DNA of 64,000 nucleotides from Amphiscolops sp. MND2022 (Eukaryota), in NCBI GenBank assembly GCA_964187785.1, contig OZ076413.1:29264001-29328000 (forward strand), read 5' to 3'. Below the pieces are notes generated by a model. That model saw only the letters and a program-made list of their open reading frames with translations. It made no database searches and had not been told where the DNA came from. Below are positions 1 through 9,800 of the stretch, piece after piece (positions within the stretch are counted from its first letter, which is position 1; every line of letters begins with the position of its first letter). The position numbers were made by a program, and so were the translations under genes.

Positions 1-2030
1 TTTTAATACAATAGTTCATAAAAATTGGTACAATTTGCGATCAGCAACAACTTTTACAATTATTAGTTGTTTTTGGAAAATCATCTATGGTAGAGGCGAA
101 TTTTTTCGACTCTGTGCCGAAAACATTAAAGGACGGTAGGTCATATGTAAACAGCTGATAATCAGCGACGCTAGTTCAGTGTCTCCCGTCTGACCAGACC
201 ATGTGCTTCTATGGATGGTCCATGCATGTTCCGCGTGAATTCAATTCATGGTTCATTTACATGGCCAGGCTGTTTTTCGCATGCAATCGCATGGTCCGTG
301 CAAGATCCATGCATGATCCATTCATGAAATCCAAAATCTGAAAAAAAACAAAAGTACCTCAGAAAAAGCTTTAAAGACCCTCGGAAGTACCAATGGAAGA
401 AAAACCACTCTCCTGAAAATGTATTTCATTCGTTTCGATTTCCGAATTTTTTGTCTCTGCTCGTTCAAAATTTATCCAATTTCAGCTGATCATGTTTTTT
501 TCACGTGATTCTTGCTAAAAGGGAAAACGAAAAATTGCAAATTGAAGTTGAATTATAACATTTAAAACCACTAGAACAATATCTAAATTTACTGTAGAAT
601 TCTCGTTGAATAAGATTTGAAATCGCAGTATTTTTGTAGAATAGGGCCTAAAGCCACTGGAATAGGATCTGAAATTACTCAAATTTGACATTTGACTCGA
701 ATTACTCGAATAAAATCACTTGAAAAAATAGAAACACACTAAAAAGTCATTAATCGCTCAAATATTAGAAAACCAAGCAAATAAAAAAATTGAGAGTTCA
801 AGTTTCCTTCTGTTCAGGTCATTTTCAGCCTCGGCTCGTCTCGTCTCGTCACGACAAGTTTTTTGTTCAACTTGAAAAATATTACCAGAGAAATACCGGC
901 GTTATATTTTATGACAAAATTTGACGACAAAACTTTTTGTGGATTTTAAATGAAGATTTTGAAAGGTTCGACTCAAATTCTGAACTTTATATAAACTTAT
1001 GCAATTACCGTCAATCAAAGACTGAAACTGACTTTACGACAACATTTTATGATTTACCAGAGTTCGAACATTGTTTTTGTTTATTGTTTGATCACGAAGT
1101 TTCAAGTTTTATCACAAATTTGACGGAATCGAACAATCAACTTATGAGTGCTTGTTCTAGAGACATCTCTATGAGCTTAAATTGGGTATACACTGTAAAA
1201 ATGCAAGCCAATATTTCCTTCTTAAAAGCTTCGAGTAAAAGTATCAGCATTCAAAATTGCATTCTAAGTGTAACTCAACTAGCATAGAAGCGGTCAATAT
1301 CCGCACCTGTCAGAATTGCTTGATTGATATGTGAATCGATTTGTGATCTCATTTCCACAATTCAAGAAAAAAGTAAAACTTCGTTTTCTGATTCGGAAAT
1401 TCTTATAGGAACATTATAATGATTCGCAGATGTTTTGAAGGTAAGGAACCTCTTTTTGCCTGTGTTGCCATTAAAATTGCCAGCTTTTCTTCAAATTCTT
1501 CAGCGTTTTTACAGTGTTTATTTTCGAACAACAGAACAGATAATGTTGGCTGAAGAGTTTTCGTATGCCAGATCTGGACCTTTCTCTACTTCTCAGAATG
1601 ACGACTGGATGATAGCTCCAGATCCTGCACATCGTAGAATGACGGCAATGACACTGAACTCTGATTATGAGGCTGACATACGACCACATTTGAGACGAAG
1701 GTATAAATCTGTAATAGAGTTAACAAATCAGATGAAAGATGAATACAAAGACTTAATTTCCACTTATTAGAACGTCACCGTAGAAATATTTAAAAATGAC
1801 ACGTTTCGAGTCATCAATCTTCCGTTACCAAATCAGCTATTCGAAGTCCTGTTGTTCTTCTATTATTTTCTAAAAGAATCAAAAATTTCCATTTTGGAAC
1901 AATTATATTTTTCTTCTTTTCCAACAGTTTCTGCTTGAAACAACTAGATTACCGGAAAGTGCAACCTACTTGGACAACTCGTTTATATTATATGTGCGAC
2001 TTGTGGCTTCGAATCCACTGGACCGTTTTT

Positions 2031-2569
2031 AGTCGGCGCCTTTTCCCTTAAGGAAAAAAGCCCGACTCTTACAGTGAGTAGTTTTTTTTTGTTTTTTTCA
2101 GTTGACAATCTCACTCTGAGTGGTCCACTTTTCTTACAATTTGTTCATCTTTCATATTTGTTCATCTTCCATCTTCGACCCAGCCGGAGTGCGTGGGTTC
2201 GATTCTCGCACTAAACCATAAATTTTTTAATGCTTCCAAAAGTACAGGTGAGACCAAAGGCCCCCCCCCCCCTTTGGGTTTTTTTTCGGCACTATGCGAC
2301 TTTTTTCGAAAATTTTTGAAATTTATCAAAGGGTACCCCCTTGCATTTTTTTTGAAATTTTCGGTTTGTAGAAAACGTTGAATGAGCCTGAATGGCCTTT
2401 TTTTGAGTTTTTCGGCATTTTGCGACTTAAAAAATACTTTTTTTTCGAAAAAAAATTTCAAAAATAATTTTTTTGAAAAAATTTTTTTTTCCAAATTTTT
2501 ACAATAGTTGTTCCTTGAATATTTTTGAGCCTAAGATATGGCGCCGACTTGGGACGTTCCCGTCTTGTT
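2031..2569. mobile_element. DINE-1/Helentron-like non-autonomous element (family H), copy 1
   Basis: Terminal hairpin AGTCGGCGCC...GCCCGACT (2031-2067), GGGTCCCCCC core repeats, and a subterminal inverted GCGCCGACT followed by GACGTTCCCGTCTTGTT. Confidence 0.6.
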
Positions 2570-3002
2570 CTTTTTTCGTCAGACTACAATCTCACTCTGA
2601 TTGGGCCACTTTTCTTACAATCGAAACTACTAAAACTACTAGCATAAGGCCGAGTCCGGTCAGCGGAAATTAGTGCAAAAGGGTCCCCCCTTTCATATTT
2701 TACTATTTTACCGTAGCCTACAAAACCGGACGAGAGTAAAGGGTCCCCCTTACAATTTTTTTTCGGCATTGTGCGACTTTTTCAAAATTTTTTTAATGTA
2801 TCAAAAGAGTCCCCCTTTCGAGTTTTTGATATTTTGCAACAAAATATATGTTGATGAAGCCCAAAGGGTCCCCCCTTTTACATTTTTCGGCACTATGCCA
2901 CTATTTCTGAAAGAAAAAATATTCAAAAATTTTTTTGAAAAAAATTTTTTTCGCTTCTTGAGCCTTAGATATAGCGCCGACTTTAGACGTTCCCGTCTTG
3001 TT
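2570..3002. mobile_element. Family H copy 2, head-to-tail with copy 1, lacking the hairpin
   Basis: Same core and GAGCCTTAGATATAGCGCCGACTTTAGACGTTCCCGTCTTGTT end. Confidence 0.6.
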
Positions 3003-3267
3003 TTGTTTACACAGTCTGACAGACCAAAGGTCCACAAGAACAAATGTCAAACGTGATAATTTCTTGGAATTTTTTTGCATTTTTGGAGTCATTCAGATGC
3101 TTTTATATTCACGTTTCTGTCCAGAAGAGTACTTTATACTCCAGAATAGAATACTTTATGACCTTACAAAATGAAATAAAAACATTGATTGTATAACTTA
3201 GTATTCCACAAAACCAGCCGCTGATCAAGTAATGTCGTTTCGCTCTCCACTTAAGGCCCTATCGGTA

Positions 3268-3698
3268 CCCAGTCAGTGTTCGAAGCCATGGAACGCTTGC
3301 CATTTCACGCAGTTTTGCTTATTTGTTTTCCATTTTTGAAACTCGAAGGAGGCCGCGTCCTAGTCGTGGATCTCGTCAAGTGCGATACTCTGTATCTCAC
3401 GAGCTGAGTTCCTCCCCTAAAATACAGCATTGTGACTTCTGGCATGCAATTTCTGTGAACTATGTGCACAGGTAGCTCCCATGTCCGACATTCTTTTACT
3501 ACATTTTTTCTCTTGACCTTTGTCAAGAAACTTGTAAATCTTGAAACCCTTACCAAGATCATGGTGAGCCTTTTCACGATCTTGCATGGTCATGGTATTC
3601 TTGCCAAGATCTTACTATGATCTTGGCAAGATTTTGGCAAGGCTAGAAAGGAGCTTGCCATGGATCTTGGCAAGGGTACCATGGCTTCGAACACTGGG
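3268..3698. mobile_element. CCCAG...CTGGG non-autonomous TIR element (CMC/EnSpm-like), TA TSD
   Basis: TIR CCCAG(TCAG)TGTTCGAAGCCATGG / CCATGGCTTCGAACACTGGG, TA on both sides, subterminal CAAGA/TCTTG repeats. Confidence 0.75.
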
Positions 3699-3872
3699 TA
3701 TGTGAACGTAGCTCATTACAATTTTATAATTCAACAGATTTCAACTTTGGAGTTTTCTTGAAATCTTATATGGATACTTTTCAGACTGTACAACTACGTA
3801 GCTCACACCTCTGAGGTATTTTCAAGTCACGTGGCGTGTGACCACCCCTCGAAGTGGGCGCAATCAGTGTGT

Positions 3873-6800
3873 ATGTCACAAAGTACCCACACCCGTAGCA
3901 AGAGTTCTGGGGATAACCTTTTCATGAAAATTATTTCCTTTCTTCTCATCGCACAGCCGGGATCGTTTTGTGGAAAGTTCATACCTGGTCTTGTCAAGTG
4001 GGGAACAATTTTGATAGGTAAGAATCTTCGGTTGACTTTACAGACTCGACAAGTATACCAAACCCATTTCAGTGAATGCAATCATGAACATCTTGTTGTG
4101 AAAACCCTTCTACCAAATGGAAAACTTCGAACTTTATCGAAATATCAAAAGTACCACAATTGCAGTTATAACTAAATCGTTAGAGCCCGACACAGTTGAT
4201 CTGTTAAAATTTTCAACTGGTATATAAAATCCTCATTCGTTGAATTGGAAACACCAATAACTCAGGCGCTATTACTTAAAAAAGTGTTGTTTTCCGTCAG
4301 TTGTCTCGGCTGAAAGTTCCGATGTTTGGTCACGTGACCGAATTTCAGCGCCTATAATTGAGATATTTCTGATCAAAAATGAACATTTTAAAAAGGGAAC
4401 GTTTTCGCTGAACTTAGTGACCGCAAACGCATTTTTACCAGCAATACTGTAACCTATAGTTTAGCTCTAACGATAGTTTCTCTGTGATGCAACCTTTTTC
4501 AACTAGTATAACAGTTTTTAAAAAAGATAAAGATAAAATTTGAAAGCGTTGATCTTTGTTCGCAAATCTTTGAAGCTAAATTTGCTCATGAATCTTATCA
4601 CACTTAACCTAAAAGCATCAATCTTGTTGAAACATTAAAGCCTATTTTATTTCCAGCGTTATCTTCTGCCACGCTGTACACGGTTGAGATGCTAGTGCTC
4701 CATGCGGAAGCGGAAGGCCAAAAGGGGACCTACTCGGTACTGGTTGGTCTCCGGATATGCATGACGTTGATCATCATCACCCCCAACATCATGTTCAGGA
4801 CGGAGTTGAAGAAACTCATGATCAACGAGTCATCCAGGGACTTGTTGCTGAGTGTGAGACCAGCCAAGTACGTCACCATTGCGTCATTGTTTCTCATGAT
4901 GCAACTTCTTCTGGCTGGAAGCTGTGGCACTCTGGTAAGACAACCATTTTCCATTCTTCTTAACCCCCAAATGTTATTATGCAATTTTCAAATTTTCAAT
5001 CTTTTTTTATAAATTTTCGAACATGGTTGTAAATTTACATTTAGTCGCTTATGTACAATAGAATTGCAGGAAGAATCTAGAGATGGCAAGATCTTCTGAT
5101 GGCATTCGTTATTTCTAACCATGGTTATAAAAACTCATGAGATTGGGTGGAAACCATTTTTTCTGAAAAAAATAAATACGCTTTTAAAGTTCGAAACATT
5201 TTTTTCTGCATTAGGAAACATCCTGGGTCATCAATGGAAAATATATTGTCTTTTAAAACATAAGAAAAGCAATCATCACTTCGAAAGCAAAGTTTAGAAA
5301 AACGGATAGAAACTGCAGAAACAGCAATTACAAAGATTTTCGAGACACCTTAGAGACCACTTTGGCAGCACAATTTGACGTTGAACTTCCTGGAAGATCG
5401 CGTGGAAGATTTGAATATCTTTTGGAATTCAAGAGAAAACTTCCTATACTAACAAGAATACAATTCTCTCCCGAAAAGCCTCAAAATGTTTCAATATTCC
5501 ACTTTTTTCATTGACTTAGCAACACGAAATGAAATCCGTAATCTGTTATGGGCCACTGGTTTACACAGCAGATAAGAGAAGCATTGAAAAATCTCAAAAA
5601 GATTCAGCGACACACAATGATAACATTTTTTCAGAAGAAAATATGACGCTGTTGAGAACATTTTTCACCAAAATTTTGTTCGTCTTGTAAAGGTTTTTGG
5701 TTGGACCTACCGAGAAACTCCCGTTGAAACCCCTAACAACTTCTTTGTATCAAACCAAGCGATAGAAGAAAGGATTCAAATGACAAGGTTTCAAAGAATT
5801 TGCAAGATCGTGCCAAGAAACTCAAGAAATCCCAAGATTCTTATCAAGAGTTTCAAGAGAAATCAAGAATAGGCAAGAAAATGCAAGACGATTCAAGATT
5901 CCCGTTTAGAACCCCAGTCATCATAAACCTGTAAAACCTTCAGAAGTCTCGGCAAATGAGCTGATAAATTATCCAAAAATATCCAGCATTATGGAATTAC
6001 GATCTAAAACTTACAAGTTTAAGACCCAAATCTGATCATGAAAGACATACGTATATCATGTTGCAGCTGACTATGAAGGAGCTCGACAAAAGCAACTCAA
6101 CAGAAATCGAGTTGGAGATGAACATGAGTCTGAGCACAGTGCATCTCATCAGCTCGGCCGTGACTAATATGTGGAATTACGTCATCGCCATCATATGTAT
6201 GATGATCTGCGGCCACTTTATCAAAGGTTTGCTGTCTGTCCGAACAATTCAACAACTCACAGTAGAAATTTTCAAAACTTCATTTTCCGCCCATATTTCA
6301 TATGGGAAAGGAAAATATTTAAATCAAAAGGTTTTTTACACAAAATTTGGCAAGCATCAAATTTATATTTAACTTTAAGGGTGTTACCCATAAAATTCAA
6401 CTCATATCAAGTTAGCTTCATTCGATTCGTATTTGTGGAGGATTCCAGACTTTTTTAGTTGACCCCAATGATCCAGAATGGCCCAAAAACAACCCGAAAA
6501 GGACCCCGAAACAAATTTTGCAAAACTTTCCATTTTTTTACGTTTTAATACATTTTTGTCAATGTTTCAATAGATGTCGTGTATTAGAATGATGGAAAGG
6601 TTCAACAAGACAAGTACTCGTTGTCCAGTAGTCGTTTATTAAGAGATAAATGCTTTTTTTGCAAAGAAAAAGACCCAAAATGACAAAAAAAACAAAAATT
6701 TCCCGAGTTTTCGTCACATTTCTGACAGACTTCGTGGATTGGATTATTTTAAAGGGTCAACACGGAAAAGGTTGGTTGTCGAGTAGTCGTTTTCGAAGAG

Positions 6801-9800
6801 TTTATTGCATTTTTTAAAATGAAAATGTCTTATATTGACTCCAAAAATGACAAAAATCTCAAATTTTTCTAATTCTCAAAAATTTTATGCATTTTTTTCC
6901 AAATTATCGACGGACTTTGTAGATTAGAACGTTGGAAAGGGTTAACAAGGAATGAATGTAATGCCCAGTAGGCTTTTGCAAAGAGTTTATTGCAGTTTCC
7001 TAAGTGACAATGTCTCAAATTGACACCGGAAATTACAGGAAACCTAAACTTTTCCAATTTTCAAAGATTAAATGAACTTTTTTTAAAATCTTCAACAGAC
7101 CTCGTGGATTGGAATGTTTTAAAGGGTCCACAAGGAAAAAGTTTGTGGAAAATTACCTTTTTTGAAGAGAACGTTGCAGCGTTTGGCTTCAAAAACACTT
7201 CAGAATGACTCCAAATGCGTCAAAAAATTCTTCGTACTTTTGCAACTTGTGTATTTTTTGAATCGTTTTGGTGGCAGAATGTCAGCAACGTTCAACAAAG
7301 ACTGAACCCACAATCTGGTAGGCTTTTAAAGGAATATTTGCAGACTTCAGTTGGAAAATGGCAGAAACTTGAGCGGAAAAATTCGAAAATTTGGAAATTT
7401 TTGCTTATTTCCGACATTTTCAATGAATTTTTATTTGAGATTGGAAAATTTCGGTAAAACAAAACCTTCGAATTACTCGAGATATTAAAATTAGGTCCGA
7501 AGCACCTTTTCCAAGTAATGCTTAATTTATGATCAAAAGTTTCCTCAGAATGACCCAAATATTGGAAAAACTGAGAATTTTCAAGTTATTTTCACATTTT
7601 TAGGCAGTTTTTAGTTCAAATTTTGAGCTACTTCCTTGCATAGAATGGTATCTCCTGTAGACAATTTTGAAGCGAGAACTGCATTTTTTGGAATTGGCCT
7701 CAAAAACACCCGAAAATCCAAGAAACAACAAAAAAACACGTTGTTTGACAAACTAATCCCAAAGTTTTGTTCAAACCACTAAGGTCCTTGAATAGACTAT
7801 CCAATGTTCTGAGCATATAAACAATAAAGTATTCAAAGCGCAACTGAGGGAAAAAGTGGGATGAAGTTCATCGCGTTTACAACAAAGTCGTCAAACTTTC
7901 TTTATTTTTGACAACATAGACTCAGTTTTAGACACTTTCCGAAAATTTACTTCAATCAGAAATATCATAGACTCAAGATTGAAACGTGTAGCTACCGGTA
8001 GTGTTTTGGAAAGACATCAGACAAGTTTATTTGCACAGCTTTCAAAAACTGAACTCGAAAACGTAAATTTCGAACTCATTTGTCGAATATTTAAAATTCA
8101 CAATTCTCCGAGGAAAATCATTAGATATATAGTACACCTTCCAAAGGAAATAGTTTCGAGATACTTCGTTATTTAGAATGGTGTAAACATTCAACAACAA
8201 CTAAACTCGGTGTCCAGTAGGCCTAATTTTGAAAAGAGATCTGGAGATTCATGTTAGAAAAGTTCCTCAAATTGACCCCAAAATTGTCAAAACTATTTCC
8301 CATTTTTGACACTTCTGTTGAAACTATGTGCAATAATATAACAAACCGGGATAGCTCAACTTTCTTAAATTTCAAACGACCTAGTTTCAAGTTTTAACAT
8401 TTTCTCAGTGCCAAAAATTACCTCAAGAAGTACGCTTGAGACTATGAAACAACTTTTTGCCCAACAGGAATTTTTTTATTTTTCCGGCAAAGTTCCTTCA
8501 TGGCGAAACGAATTTCAGCTCACACAACTATTTTTCTCAAGCCGAAAACAGCTATGAAAGCAAGCGGTATGCTATGAAAGCAAAGAGTTGAAAAAACTGA
8601 AAGAAGGTAATTTCTACAATCAATGAGAAACCTCGTCAGTTCCATAAGATCAAAAGTAACAAACACGTCACCCTCAAGACTCGGGAAACTTGTTTCTTTT
8701 ACAGAAAACCTCAAAAACTAAAAATTGCGGATAATGTTTTTCGAAAATTTTTTCCAAAAAATTCATTGAACATTTTCTCTTTTCTCAGTAAGTCGCATAG
8801 TGCCGAAAAAACGAAAAGTGGCCAGCTATCGCAGAATTAATTAAAAAGGGGTTTCCTTCAAAATGAGCTACGATGAATCAAAGCTTTCTCTTCTTCGAAC
8901 TTTTTGCATTTTTATAGTGCAATGGCTATTCTTGAGCCTCAAATTTATGTAAATGTAGAAGAGTTTGGGCGGAAAATATCTCGCTGCTCAGCGGGCGTTT
9001 TGTTTTCAAAAGTTCCGGAAAACATGTGGGTTCTACAACTTCAAAATTTTCCTTAATTTGTGAATTTGTATGAAGAATATCCAAAAAAGTGAGTTGGGTT
9101 TGATTTTTAGCCAAATTTGCGCTACTGTTCACATTTTTCAATCAGAATTATTTTTGGAGAGAAACGGTTATCAACAAGACAGGAACGTCTAAAGTCGGCG
9201 CTATATCTAAGGCTGAAAATGCGCAAAGTTTTTAAAATTGTAAAATCGGGGACCCTTTAGACTTTTTCAAATCCAGTTTGTTGCAACATATCAAAAAAGT
9301 TGAAGGAGGGAACCTTTGGTGACAAAAAAAATCGAAAAAAAAGTCGCACAGTTCCGAAAAAATTCAACGGGGGGACCCTGTAGTCCCGTCCGGTTTTGTA
9401 TTTTACGTTTAAAATTGAGTACACGAAAGGGGGGACTCTTTGCACTAACTTAGATGCGTTCCCGCTTGCCGGTCCAGTAGTTTAGTAGTTCTATAAAAAA
9501 TGTCCACTACGCATACATTCTGTGGTCTGACGAAAAAAAAAAGAAACAAACTTGCCACTGTAATAGTCGGGCTCATTTTGATAAAAGGCGCCGACTAAAA
9601 AATTATTCAAAGGCGCGAGAGAACTCTGACAAAGCAACTGACGTTTCAGGTATTACAGGTTCAAAACGTTTCACTGTAATATCAGAACTTACTCGACTAA
9701 AATATTTTCTATAGGATTTTAATGGACATCAATTTCGAATATAAGGGACATCAAGTCGGCGGTTTTTGTACTACTGCCCTATCAAGATAAACAAGCCGGG

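Noticed and set aside
2170-2215. tRNA gene
   Set aside because: Only a T-arm-like hairpin; no D arm, anticodon arm or acceptor stem.
2625-2640. ACTACT/AGTAGT motifs (also 9477-9491) as Polinton termini
   Set aside because: They lie internally within family H copies, with homology continuing on both sides.
2162-3092. ORF-track ORFs rich in K/F (also 9257-9445, 53108-53411)
   Set aside because: They are translations of the non-coding family H repeat with homopolymer-driven composition.
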